The notes beneath the pieces were generated by a model. That model was not told the DNA's origin. It worked only from the letters and a program-made list of their open reading frames with translations, and did no database searches. A stretch of 60,628 bases of DNA, counting the filler, from Catajapyx aquilonaris (lineage: Eukaryota), in assembly GCA_000934665.2 (NCBI GenBank). It is 4 parts of 4 records of this genome, joined end to end, with 100 filler letters (N's around TTAATTAATTAA, not from the genome) between each part and the next. Parts side by side here need not be neighbours in the genome. Positions count along the whole stretch, not along the records: positions 15,250 to 30,288 come from JYFJ02007613.1; positions 30,389 to 45,425 come from JYFJ02007614.1; 2 more parts are not named here. One strand, given 5' to 3'. How positions within the stretch are numbered: the first letter of the stretch is position 1; each line of letters opens with the position of its first letter. The position numbers and the translations under genes are program-made. Shown here one piece after another: positions 22,204 to 34,684 of this stretch.

Positions 22204-24504
22204 GTGTATATCGTACACTTTTAATTTGTACCGTACGTTTAAGATCGAGAAATGGAAAACCTCTGAATAGGGGTGGTCCTAAACTTTCGGGAAAGACTGT
22301 CCGTGGTACGTGGCAGGTCTGTTCAGGTTAACATGGTGTATAGGCTTCAACCTACATAGCAACAGTGAAGGCATTCATTTCCTGAGTAAAGGGTGAATTA
22401 AATAGTGTTTCTCGCATATAACGCTATCCCGCTTATAATGACACTTTTGGGCAGTCCTTTGAAGAGGGTTATACCGACGTTTTACTATATTTGTTATTAT
22501 TCCATGGTGTCTAAGTCATCCCCATGTTTACAGATTTTTAAAACACCATCCACCTCGGCTGCAACCAAGACCCTGAAGTCAACCTGGCACGGAGTTATCA
22601 TCTATGTCAGCAGCCCAGTCATCCTTCAATCTTCAGTTTATCATCGAGCATCCAGGCGCATTTGGTCATCATTTTCATGAGACGGGATGAATCACTGCCA
22701 CTGATTCATGCACATATCAGGTATTTATTGGGCACAAACATATTTATCTTTGTCTGGAACATTGGTTGGCACACAGTTGGTGTGCATTGGCATAACCTGC
22801 AGAACTTTCTCCTGATGAAAATGTACCTGGACCAAGTGGTCTAGTTCCCAAGTGAAAACTACAAAGCCTGCTGCAATCGTTGTAGCTGTTTAGTGTTAGC
22901 GATTTAGCGAAGTCAACGGTTTTAGTTAGCTGATTAGCGGTTAGTGAAGCTAAACTTTCGGTTAGTTGTGCCCACCACTGTCAATTAGGATAGGAAAGCT
23001 GCAAGAGGCCTGTGTTCATTATGAGCTGGAAGGTAACAATGGTGGGAATTTGCCGCAATTTAGAATTTCAAATGGTTACAGACAGTTCATGGAATGTTAA
23101 GATATTTAACAAATTTTACTGCGCTGAGAGGAGTCACTCTTCTTTAAGAGCTGGGCATGGATTACTATAAGCAAGTTGTAATGGTATTTATAGGTGAACA
23201 CTCCTTTCTCATACAGCGAAACTTGTCCATTATCGGAAATTTTTCAGATCCCATGCGATTCCACCTTATACAGGCTTCACTGTAATAAAAACCATTTGAT
23301 GTGGGATAGCTTGTGCAAGGATTATTGGACAGTCACTTTCTGGTCATCTTTAGTGTATGATATGGAATGAGAAAGAGACTGACAGTTAACCTGCAGTAAC
23401 AGTTGGGGTGAAATCCTGCCCCGTGCAGTTACTACTAACCATTTTGAAATAACTTTGAAAATTTGAACAGCCAGATGGGAAGGGTGGGTGAGACAAAAAA
23501 TCGGATCAGTTTCAGACTGGAGTAAACTTAGAAATGCTTGGGCCCAATTACGGCTAGCTGGATGAAAAAATTATTGAGACTGAGGGTACCAAATGTGTAG
23601 TTTTTCACAAGTGCAGCAAAATAGAAACAATGTCACAATTTTGGTATACTGTCCACATTGGCTTACATCCTGATCGTTTTTTCACATAAATATATGTATC
23701 GGGATTGATTGCTTTTAATTCCACTGCCCCTCGTTAATTTCTATAAGCCACTTGCATAGTCGATTTTTCAGTCTTGAACAAAATAATATGATTTGAAACT
23801 TAATGTTTTTTGAACTTATGGTGCATTCACATATACCCGATTTTGATCAAAAGCGAGCAAATTTCAGCGTTCAGCGAATTTGCGTCTGACCGAAGGCATT
23901 CACGTATCGGCGATTTTCTCTTTGACTCGAGCAAATTTTGGTCACTCACGCGACTAAACTAAAAAGCGCACTCCTCTATCAGAGCCACAGAGAAGTGAAT
24001 TTTTGACGCTGGCGAATTTTGAAGCTGGTTCGAGCCACCCAGCGCCGCCACGCAGACTTGTCGGCCTTCCTTGGCCATGTTGGGAATGCAGATGTCAGAG
24101 CTCGGAAGTTACCTATTGTTTTGTCGCAAACTCCCGACCCAGCCAGCCTCCGCATCATGTCCAGTTCTTGCACCACTTGGTGCACTGTGACCTGGACCCC
24201 CTTCCAAGGACAGTTCAGCAGCATTTTCACTGCCATGCCGGCTGCCTCCGCAGCACAGTGGGCTCTGCCATCTTTCTCAGCCCAACACCTCCCCCTGCCC
24301 ACACGAGCCCAACCCCGTCCTCCCTCCTACCTGCTCTGCTACTACAAATAGACATGTTTAACGTGACTGTCAAGTAGTGTTCCCAAATTTATTTCATTGC
24401 GACTATGGACAACCTTTCCTCGACCTCGGTCGACCTGTATGACCCATGCCCCGCATCCTGATTTTCCTCCTAAATTTTTAATTATCAAATTGTTCAACCA
24501 GGTA

Positions 24505-24666
24505 CAGTACTGGCCAATAATCGAGGCAACGTCTAGCGACATTTTCCCGAAGCGGCAGAAGAAGGAATCGAAGATAAGCATGCTACAAGCCGGGCGAGCA
24601 AGATTCCTTCTTCTGCCGCTTCGGGAAAATGTCGCTAGTCGTTGCCTCGATTATTGGCCAGTACTG
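24505..24666. mobile_element. Palindromic Tc1/mariner-type MITE
   Basis: TA|CAGTACTGGCCAATAATCGAGGCAACG...CGTTGCCTCGATTATTGGCCAGTACTG|TA. Confidence 0.88.
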
Positions 24667-26609
24667 TACAATGCTTATGTACATTTGAGATGAATATCAC
24701 CCCTGAAATTTTCCTACTTTGCCTTGTTTTTTCCTTCCCGCTTTGTCTTTATTTCTATTCCCTTTTCCCAGCCTTCCCCACAACCATTAAAAGCATGCTG
24801 GCGATCCAGGAGTTGGGAACAGCATAAAACATTTCGTCCATGTAGAGTCGTACCATTCTTTATGAACAGTACTGTGCATTGTTTACCTCTGGTGGATATA
24901 TAGTTAGTGAACCAAAGTGAAACAGTTCTGTTTGAATCTGCCACTTGCACTGTATTTAGAAAATTTTATAATAAGACTGTTTATTGGGTAATGGCTTTAC
25001 TGTACACTGAATGTAAATTTTGCCCATTTTCTCTTTGACAGGTTGTGCAAGTATGTGCTGCCAAAGGCCCAGTCAATGCTACCAGTGTGACAGCAACCCT
25101 TGCAACTGATGCTGGGGCTGGGCTGAACGCATTCTGAGCTTACTGCTGTCAGGTCAAGAAACTGTATGCTGGAAGGTGGTTCCAGCACAGACATTGCCAC
25201 CTGTCAACATAGAGAGGGAAAGATCTTCGTCCTTTAGTCAAGCTGTGTCCTGGAGTTCCGCCTGAATGCACTAACCTATTGATGTACCTAACCTGCCTTG
25301 CTCCAGTGCCATTTCCTTGTACAAGCACATGCCTGCCAGGTTACGATGCAATACCAGTCTACAATCCTTGGTAACAAAAAGTTCTTGACAAAAAAACATT
25401 GATCCTGAGCGCAAATAACGTTTTGTAAATCCATTGGACTTGGTCTAACTTCTTTTTTTTTTTGTAAATCTTTTCTTTTCTTTTTTATAAATCCAAAACT
25501 TCTTGCCAATGGTTCGAGACATCTGCCCATAGCATGTAGCTTTAGGCATGGTGGCCGTGCTAAACTGCTGGTACTTACCAACCCGTCAGAAAAAAAACTT
25601 TAAAAAATCAGGATTATCAGAGTTGACTTGAGCCAAATAAATAAAATGAAGAGAGAAAGAGAGATCCACACTGGAGGACTGAGGGGAAGGACTTGGGAAG
25701 GGCAACAAGAAGATAAGAGGCCTTTGGGACACTGGGTTGGGATGGGCATCAATCCCCCAACCATCAAGAGATCCCTTGCGGGATGCTGGCGGGGACAACG
25801 TGAGGGTAGCTGTTGGGAAGAATACCCAGGGGCCTCATCCACGCCTTCTCCTCGTCCAATACTACATGCAACAGACCGTGTTGCTGCCTGGAAGGCTCAA
25901 GTCTTCTCATGTACCGATACATAACTAGATGTGATCAAAGTTGGCAAGCACATGAGACAAGCTATGGCAGTATCTCGATCAGGATCAGATGTCACCTTTG
26001 CCTACATGTTGGGTGCGAAATTTCTGCACCTGTGTTTATTTTATATTGTAAGCATGGGTTAAGAACAACCCACATTCCACATGCCAAATGTTGATACAAG
26101 AGTTGTCACACCTTTGTATGGTCTAGTACCCAGACAGCCACACACCGTTAAGAGAAAGGTGGTGACAACATCATGTAGAGCCCCAATTTTGATTCCACCT
26201 TTTATTGGTTATGGTGGCGTGTTTCCAAAACAGGCATGGTCATAAACCAAAGGTTTGTGCATCTACTGAAAGTGGTTGGCCTGGGTTTTTAAAAATATGC
26301 AAGTAACTAAACAGGTGATCATGCAGTGGTCAAATTTTGAAGAACTGCTCATGGGTTGCATACGAAGGCGCTGCTGACGGGCCAAGCTTAGCCGCAACGG
26401 GCACCCACATTTGTGATAGGGGGCGGTAGGTGGCAGGCATGAAAAACGAGTGACTGGCAGTATCTGTCGTCCACCACGTAGCCTGGTGGTATTTTGCTGT
26501 CAGCTTCCAGATCTTCTCCTTGCATTGGGCTCCTGTCTGCATGATGCCAAATGTAATGTAATGATGCCATGTAATACCAAATACTAGTGGTAAGACTTCG
26601 TCGACGTCG

Positions 26610-26800
26610 TCTTCATCCGACTCAGCCATGGCTAAGGGAGGAGTATTCAGGCAGGTCTTCCCCTGACAAACTTTGCAGAGAGCAGAGCATTTCAGCCCTG
26701 CTCTCTGGCTCCCTCCTCCGCACCCTTTCTTGCAACTGCATGACAGGATTTTCAGCAGGTTTAGTGGTGCTGGATCCTTTGTTGAGGTCACCTGTGTCAG
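26610..26800 (-). pseudogene. Cys-rich C-terminal fragment of an Academ-like transposase
   Basis: KDPAPLNLLKILSCSCKKGCGGG..RAGLKCSALCKVCQGKTCLN resembles the Cys8 finger that follows the XPG-like domain of Academ elements. Confidence 0.55.
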
Positions 26801-26849
26801 CCCCTGCTGGCCCGTGCGCAATCCTCAAACCTATCCTCATGCCACGGAT

Positions 26850-27105
26850 GAATTTTGGCTCCGAGGTATCAAAATTTTTTCTCAGGCCCCACATAGGGAA
26901 TCTTTGTCCCCTCAAGCGCCAGATTGCAGTCTTTAATAAAGTAAGTCTTTCCAAATCCCTCTATGGCAAATTGTGCACATTTGGAAACATTCAGTTTCAA
27001 TCCTGACCAATCCAAAAAGGTCTTGGTCATTTCCAACAGCTGCTTCATGTCCTTAGCCGTTGGGGCCATCAGCACCATATCATCGGCGAACCCCAATGCT
27101 CTGGA
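26850..27105 (-). pseudogene. Non-LTR (R2/NeSL-like) reverse transcriptase fragment
   Basis: ALGFADDMVLMAPTAKDMKQLL...GLKLNVSKC covers the FADD catalytic motif and the following RT block. Confidence 0.8.
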
Positions 27106-27241
27106 GGTATTTGTTTGCTCTCGGAGTAACTGACGTATTCCAGGTACAATCGACTTTCGGACAAGCCTGCTGGAAAGAACTGTCGTTACTGTTTGCACAG
27201 CAATAATGTACAGCGACCATTGGAATAGACTTGATGTGACA

Positions 27242-28420
27242 TCAGATCACGTCTTTCACCTGTTCACTTTTTTTGTGCGTGGGTGTGTTTCTCCCTCGGT
27301 TATCTGACAAAAGTGCTCCTTGAGGCTTACGTTTGCGTAAGGCTGTCCGAACTGTTGTTTGACTGATGTCCAGAGTGGCTAGGAAGACTCCTTTGCAAAC
27401 CTGCTTCTTGACATTATCAACTGTTAAATAGTGGAAACATGTGACATGCGTTCTGGGATTGATATTTTTTCCATTGTTTTTTTTCTCCTCAACAAAAGTT
27501 AAGCTACTTACATTGCATATTTCTTCCATACTGGTACACTGAAATGTGTAGGACATGCATATGTAGTAGAACATGATGTACAGTACATACACATACAACA
27601 TTTGAAAGCCATTTACCTGCCAAGGGCCCATGTGCCAAATTGCCATGTCATACATAGGGTCTATGTCTCTGAATATGATATACAGGATATATTTTCCGGC
27701 CAAGTTCCAAATATATGATTGTCAATATGAATATCATGTTCGCAGCAGTCTGGTTTTACCTGAATAAGTTCTCTCTTCTGCATGTAACACTAGCACTTGG
27801 TAGTACTAATAGCACAATGTCAATCTGCTTCATTCATCCGGCAAACTCAAATAGAATTTTTTGTCCCTTGCCTTGTAGTCTTAACATCTCGCGGAGGTCA
27901 GCTTTCTTCTCAGATGAGATTCTGCTGCTGCATGCCAAGGTGGGAAGTTCATAGCCTGTCAACCGCACTAGGTCTTGTTCTTTTTGAAAACCGTCACTTT
28001 TTTTCCCAAGAGGCCAGGTCATTGTGCATCTCTTTCACATGGACAATCCTCGGATCGTCCTTTGTGACTCGCAAAACCGAGGCCTTTTAGATCTGCACTT
28101 TGTTGGTTTTGATTAATGCCTCAGCTGCCTCTTGGAAATAAAAGAACTCATCTCTCTGCATATCAATCACATTGAATGGATTATGATGGCGTGTTTCCTT
28201 GACCATGGTTTGCAGGTCTCGTGGAATTACTGCTTTGCTCACTTTTTTTAAATTTTTTCAATTAAACTGCAATGTCCGCTGACAAAGAACTTACGCTGAA
28301 TTTCATCAATCATCCCTGTGCAAACACAGTAAATCCATAGAAACAGCACCTTTTTGTTCTTATTTTGTCCACTGCAGTTGTCGCTCCAAACAGTCAGCTT
28401 CCGTGTCCCTGCAGGAATTA
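27242..28420 (-). pseudogene. Sola1-like transposase fragments
   Basis: LTVWSDNCSGQNKN...FFVSGH (about 28270-28400) and QVCKGVFLATLDISQTTVRTAL..DNRGR (about 27250-27440). The fragments are frameshifted and out of normal order. Confidence 0.7.
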
Positions 28421-28647
28421 AAATAATCATACTAATATTACTCCTGGTGTACCTGGTGTCCTGGTGCAGCATATTCCTTGGACACTAACTTCAGTATGAA
28501 AAGGAACTACTATTCATGTGCTCATTGTGGATATATCTGAACAAGAGCATATAATTGCTGAAATGGAATGTGTTTTAGACTCTAGATCATGCCCTTGAAG
28601 TGGAATCAAGGTCATCCTGCATAAACGATGAGCAGAACGATGAGAGA

Positions 28648-29435
28648 TTATCCCTTCTGGAGGTGCGGCAGCAGATAGGACTTGAGGTCCTGAGTGTGAA
28701 CAAGAGTGCCAAATAACAGGCCGTTTTCGTCACGGATGGTGTACGTGTTGGGGGAGGGGTTGGTGGCAATCTGAAATGGACCCTTGTAGGCAGGGGCGAA
28801 TGAGGCGTAAAACCCACAGCTAGCGTCTGATAAGACTCTGTTCTTGCGCAATACCCATTCACCAGGCTTCTAGCTGACGTGCCGTCTGGTGCTGTTGAAC
28901 TTGGCTACGCAGCTATTCACCGTACTGCCATCCGCCGTCACCAACGTCCAGAAATCCAGGAACCGAAGCCTTATAAGTTTAATACCAATAAGAAATGGGT
29001 TACCCATAATTGACCCGAATTCCCAGTCATCCTCACCTCTTCGGGTTCCTTGCTTCTGGCACACCCTTCTCTCTTATGTCGGATTATGTGGGATTTAAAA
29101 AATGTGTTTGCTGGGAATACGGCACCGATTGTGGATACCGCACAGTAGGCGTACCTATTCTAGCGCTACGTCTTAATTGTACTGCTTCTGGCGACGGACT
29201 TGATGATGGCTCAAGCGCCACTTGTGGGAGAGCATCGGCCTGTTCTGCAGGCAACGGTAAAACTGGTGTGTTCCGACAATGCCTCAAAAAATGCATGATG
29301 GACTGGTGGAACATATTTTAGAAGTGACAATATGTCGTTCAGCATAATTCCACTGGGACATCAGGCCAGCTATCTCAATATGATTCACAAAGTGTAGCGG
29401 CGATTCTCCAGTCCTGCCCTCAAAAAATGGGATTG
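28648..29435 (-). pseudogene. Decayed Ty3/Gypsy fragments (gag, protease-like, integrase GPF module)
   Basis: The integrase tail reads RKNRVLSDA..FAPAYKGPFQI..SPNTYTI...VHTQDLKSY. A gag-like PFFEGRTGESPLHFV lies at about 29390-29432 and a protease-like LVTADGS near 28930. Confidence 0.7.
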
Positions 29436-30288
29436 TTACTAACTATCATGTGTTAAATTTCACTGCGGCCGGCCCAAGGGGTAAATCACTCGTCAAGTCC
29501 GTTGTACGGTTGGCGCCAAGTCCGACCAAGTCCTGGCTCAAGTCCGACAAGTCCGGGCCCAAGTCCGACAAGTCCGGTCTTTGTCAAACAGTGCTAGAAT
29601 TTTCAAAAAAATTCAAATATCGTGAACAGAGTAGTTATCATACTTACAAACTTAGCGAGTAAATAGCGAGTAATAATAATACACAACAAATCACGCCAAT
29701 AATTTATTGACCCAGTATATACTCCGCATATCAATGTGATACAATTTTAAGTTTTTTTTATGAAGTTTATTTTACGAGATACGTAGGCCTATTCTATGAT
29801 TTTCATTTTAGCATTTTTCTGGCTAAACCGCGGGCTAAACATGGTTATATTCCAGATATTTGATTGACTGAATAAATGAAGTGAAATATGTTGAAAATGA
29901 ACTTACAAATGTTACCATTTAAGCGCTAAAAGTAAAATCTCAGGAAAATATTCCGTTCTACGAAATTATTTTCATACAAATTGAGTCAGAGCCTTCTTTA
30001 CGGTAAAAAGAAAGTCTAAAAGTGTATCTGAATAATAATAGCTCTACTAGACAGCTACGGTCGAGGCACAACTACTATGGCACATTAAGAGGCCACCTAC
30101 TTTGCCGCAGATTCACAATACAGTTCTGACCGAGGTTCTGACATACCAGATACAGGTAGTCGTACTTGTGGCCTAGGGAGTGTACATTGGCAATGAATCA
30201 AACTATGGAAACCTTGCACTTGAATGTTTTCAGGCTTAAAACGCCACTTGGGCAAATCGAAAACCACGAGCACAAAGCACCTATTTCC

Positions 30289-30388
30289 NNNNNNNNNNNN
30301 NNNNNNNNNNNNNNNNNNNNNNNNNNNNNNNNTTAATTAATTAANNNNNNNNNNNNNNNNNNNNNNNNNNNNNNNNNNNNNNNNNNNN
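30289..30388. other. Assembly gap spacer
   Basis: N-run, TTAATTAATTAA, N-run. Confidence 0.95.
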
Positions 30389-30481
30389 CTCATGTGAAAC
30401 CCTCCAGCGAACACCAGAACAGGCCTGTTTCCCACGGATGTCCCTTTTTTCCCTCATTAATTTTGTTACATGGGCATTAGA

Positions 30482-30750
30482 CCTAGGCCCCTAGTCTGAT
30501 GACCCCGGGTAAGCTATCCCGGGGGTAATCACCATGGCAGCATATGTAAAAGGATAGCAGTAAACAACCAGTTACCCCAGGGGGCAAGCTACCCCGGGTC
30601 ACCAGACTATATACCCTAGGCCCCTAGTCTGATGACCCGGGGTAAGCTATCCCGGGGGCAATCACCATAGCAACATATGTAAAAGGATAGCAGTAAACAA
30701 CCAGTTACCCCAGGGGGCAAGCTACCCCGGGTCACCAGACTATATACCCT
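30482..30750. repeat. Tandem dimer of a 133-bp palindromic unit
   Basis: Near-identical units start at 30482 and 30615. Each has TAGTCTG(A/G)TGACCC..GGG inverted ends. Confidence 0.9.
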
Positions 30751-31662
30751 AATATCAGCAGGTGCTATTCCCGATTCTCCAGAAAGAGCCAGAAAGCATC
30801 TCTTAGCAACGACCTGCTTATAAACAAGCAGCTTGCGCGATTTTTCAAGTAACCACTGGTGCCATAAAGTTGGATCACCCTGTATGTGTTTATAATAAAT
30901 TTTAATTGAATTTTTCAATCAGTTCACACATGCATTGTAATGCATTAGCTTGAAGGTTAAATGTTACTAAATTAGTAATTATCATATGAAGAGTGTTGGA
31001 TATGTTGATGACTGAATAATAAAGAAACTGTACCACATGGTATTATTTTATTGATACTGTTTAGTTTTTGTTGCTCGGAAAAAGAATGCTACACCGAAGT
31101 GAAATTTCATTTGCACTACAAAAGTATAAAAATACATATCTTCTAGCGCTTTTATGTACATAAACTCATGCTCGTCAGCAAATGAAATACACATCAAAAA
31201 TATATTACTATCACCACAATAACGTTATGCGCCTAGATTATCGCAGGTAAGCCATTTCAAATCATTAGATATTACAAACTGGAGGCAGCAGTACCAGCTG
31301 CATGATATATTTAAGTATGAGCTATTGTAAACTATACAAGTAGAAGCCAATTTGTAGCACACATATACATCGGACTTCTCTGGCACAAAATTTATGCATA
31401 GCTACCAACCTCTATGATACTGTAAATGCACAATTACAAAAAAAAATAAATCCAGATCATTCCAGATCATTTCCATTTCACACATTTCTCTCTCACGCAT
31501 GTTACAATGTTCTGCAGCAGTCATGAAGCAACCTCACACAATCACTCTCTCTAGTTCTGGCTTTGGTTTATATCCTAAAATGTCAATTTGCCAGTATATT
31601 GGTGGAAATTTCTTTTTGATATCCCCCTACTTTGATTCCTGATGGATTTATGTCCATGTGTA

Positions 31663-31824
31663 CAGTGTTGGACATTAATCGAGTCATACTGCTAACGACA
31701 TTTTCTGAAGCGGCAGAAGAACGAATCGAAGATATGGATAGTGCAAGACGTGCGAGCAAGATTTGTTCTTTTGCCGCTTCGGAAAATGTCGCTAGCAGTA
31801 TGACTCGATTAATGTCCAACACTG
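31663..31824. mobile_element. Palindromic Tc1/mariner-type MITE
   Basis: TA|CAGTGTTGGACATTAATCGAGTCATACTGCTA...TAGCAGTATGACTCGATTAATGTCCAACACTG|TA. Confidence 0.88.
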
Positions 31825-31908
31825 TACAAGGACCCATTCTTTCCAGTTTCATTACCTTTGCACTTTCAGATATGTAATATATGGAGTCTACTGTACATAG
31901 GTAGTTTA

Positions 31909-32622
31909 CAGTAACTACCCGTTTGACGCTGTTAATTGGTTCCAGCAACATATTGGCGTAAAGTGAATTGGCGTAAAACAAGACAAAATTATAATGTAAT
32001 TAAATGAGATAAGTTCCAAAGTTTCCAAAATTTTCCCATACACTACTAATATTGGTGTTTTTAATGCTGAATCTTTGAAACATTTATTACATGCAAATGG
32101 CAGGTTCCAGGTTGAATGTCATCTGGTTCCGAGGGCTCCTTTCCCTTCCATGACAAGAACTGCAGTACACATAGGGTATTTAACAATGGTGAGAGTACTT
32201 CCGGGAATGCCAAGACCAACAATATGGTACCGGTACAGTGTTGGACATTAATTGCGTCGTACTGCTAGCAACATTTTCCTAAGCGGCAGAAAAAGAAATT
32301 TGCTTGCGCAGCTTTTGCTCCATTGCTTCGATTTGTTTTTCTCGCGCTTCGGAAAATGTCGCTAGCAGTACGACGCAATTAATGTCCAATACTGTACCGT
32401 GTATATCGATAGACCCTGCCACTAGGAACCACAAAAAACTAAGGAAGAGCCTTGCTGGCTGTGTGTTTGGACTCAGGAGTGTTGCAGTGATGTGTTTATG
32501 TTTAGACTGTCGTTATCTTCAATATTTCATAATATTTACATTTAAAAATATTCAAATGTAATTTTCAAACCAGCGTTAATGGGAAGGAGTAAAATGGAGT
32601 GGCGTAAAATGGGTACCTACTG
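31909..32622. mobile_element. pogo-like MITE containing a MITE at 32236-32394
   Basis: Outer ends are CAGTAACTACCCGTTT...AAATGGGTACCTACTG. The inner element is TA|CAGTGTTGGACATTAATTGCGTCG...CGACGCAATTAATGTCCAATACTG|TA. Confidence 0.7.
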
Positions 32623-33070
32623 TGTATGTAAAATTGCTTAAAGATGTTACTGTGACTGCAAAAATACTGATTGAGATTTCCTATTCCTACAACATACACC
32701 CCATTTGCCAAACATTTACACAATTCCTCTAGCATAAGTATTAAAGTACATGTTACAGGATTTAAATCGATGTGAATTAGGAATACAATTGCACAGTGAG
32801 AAGCTATTAGACCAGAAGAAAATAACCAACTAGTATGTATTTGGAAATCGTTGACTTGAAGGATGTCACTCAATGGTATCGTGGGTCGTCGTCTTGTTTT
32901 CGTTCTGCAAGTGAGGCAAATAAGTATTAGCAACAGTTGCAAAAAAAATTAGAACATCATCTTTGGCTTGCAATAAACTGTGCCACACTTTCTTGTAATC
33001 AAGTAACAAGGTTGGGAAGAGTTGCAACTTACTTACTGCAGCCATTGGTGCCTACACCAACATTAACAGT

Positions 33071-33589
33071 TTAATTACAAACATACAAAAAGCACCCACC
33101 CAGAAGGGCATCCATGTACAGGTGCTGGTGTGACTCAGACCCACGCACAAGTGCCCACTGGCCATGCGTTGATCTCCTGTTTCTGCAGCAGTACTTGGTC
33201 AATTGCTGTATAATCCGGGCCACAATTAAGAAAAATACTAGTAGCAGACCAGTCAGACCAGCCACCCATGCTGCCAGTTGCCAATCGAAAACAAGGGCCT
33301 CCATGCTTGAGAATGGCCTATCCTCCATGGCCTCATTTGGCACCTCCGAAGTCGCATTTCTTCTGGCTGCATTTGACACAAATCCTGGTACACCCAGGCT
33401 ACTAAGCGGCCCACATATGGTGTCCCTGTCTACACCACACGGCCTCAAAACCACCTGCAGGCCGTGACACGTAGAACAATTTTGGCACCTCTGCAAATCA
33501 TTAGACCAGAACTGCTGCCTGTGAGGGCAAGTCGCAGCTGCAATTGTCGCCAAGCTCAGCGCCAAAAGGAGCTGCGCCAAGACGAGCAT
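33071..33589 (-). CDS. wgn: Wengen-like TNF receptor superfamily member, 172 aa, single coding exon
   Basis: It has a hydrophobic signal peptide, one TNFR cysteine-rich domain (CPHRQQFWSNDLQRCQNCSTCHGLQVVLRPCGVDRDTICG, Wengen pattern), a TM helix (AAWVAGLTGLLLVFFLIVA) and a short tail with no death domain. An acceptor TTTCAG lies 2 nt before the ATG. Confidence 0.82.
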   Translation of the reverse strand: MLVLAQLLLALSLATIAAATCPHRQQFWSNDLQRCQNCSTCHGLQVVLRPCGVDRDTICGPLSSLGVPGFVSNAARRNATSEVPNEAMEDRPFSSMEALVFDWQLAAWVAGLTGLLLVFFLIVARIIQQLTKYCCRNRRSTHGQWALVRGSESHQHLYMDALLGGCFLYVCN

Positions 33590-34099
33590 GCCTGAAAGTG
33601 AATCAACACATTAGACTCTGGATATTTCTCCTACACACATATCCGCATATATCTCACATCAGGCCTCATTAGGGTCAGCAGACTAATCGTACCATTCCCT
33701 CCCTCAAATACAGGGTGTTCCAAGTATGTGGGTCGTTTTTATTAATATTGCCCGAAGTTGTTATTTTTGTGTCGCTTGTTGTGCCTCGACACAGTTGCCC
33801 CATTACTCCCAGGTGGTCGTAGAATAGGGCAACTGGATTGGAGCACAAGCTACACACAAACAACCACGTTGGGCAATATTAGTCATAACACATAAGGAAA
33901 ATAACCAACGAACGAGCCCTGTACAGTATAATGATGGAGCATTTATTCCATAACTTTCTCTTCCACATAGGTCTTCCAGGCAGTACACTGCCTTGAATTA
34001 GATTTACACCGGCACGTACTACCCACCCTCAATATAAAGTACTTGTTGTGCTTTACCTACTTCTACTAATTACTCCGCAATTATTAAAATCGTTTAATA

Positions 34100-34684
34100 A
34101 CAAGGTCCGTCCCTTGTAAGTCGTGCGCCTTGTGCCCAACCCAACCATGACCCAAATCGGCCAGCCACTCCCTCCTGACCCATCCTTGCAATGGACGTAT
34201 ACCCACTGTGGTCCAGGATGCGACGCAGGCTATTGCAGCACCACAGCACGTCCCGTAGCAGCCTTTTCCTTGCAGTCCACGCCTTATTTTTCTATTTCCT
34301 CAACCACCAACTAGACGCCATTTTCACATCAGCTACTCAACACCTCCCATCGATACCATTCATCCTACGATAGCAGTTTACATCATCAAGCCACCAGACC
34401 CAATGGGGGTTGTCGGCTGTCCAGTACGCATGCGCACTGATTGCTGGCATGTGTAAACAGCAAATGGAGGTCAGCATCGGTTATGAAAATGTGGGTAGTC
34501 ATTGAAGTGGTGTGATTGGGGCCAGGGTTTGGGTGGAAAGGGAGGGGGGAAAAGAAGAAGAAGAGTCTGCAATATATGCTGTGGAAGTGAGAATCAGTCG
34601 AAGGACAAAAGGAAGCTGCTGCAGGCATCAGCTGTTCTGAAGGGTTGTGAAGTTGCATTTCGAAAGTTGTTGCAAGAGAACGCC
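34100..34684. promoter_or_regulatory. Putative bidirectional promoter between wgn and TMEM41B
   Basis: The start codons diverge about 1.1 kb apart and the region is locally richer in CpG. Motifs: NRF1/Ewg-like TACGCATGCGCA at 34425-34436, DRE-like ATCGATA at about 34349, and CCAAT/ATTGG boxes. Confidence 0.55.

Noticed and set aside
29493..29577. CRISPR-like array
   Set aside because: The repeats are 7-8 bp with spacers of a few nt, the context is eukaryotic, and there are no cas genes.
30495..30530. Hammerhead ribozyme (CTGATGA followed by a stem)
   Set aside because: The stem is followed by GTAA/GCAA rather than GAAA, and CTGATGA is part of the unit's terminal inverted repeat.
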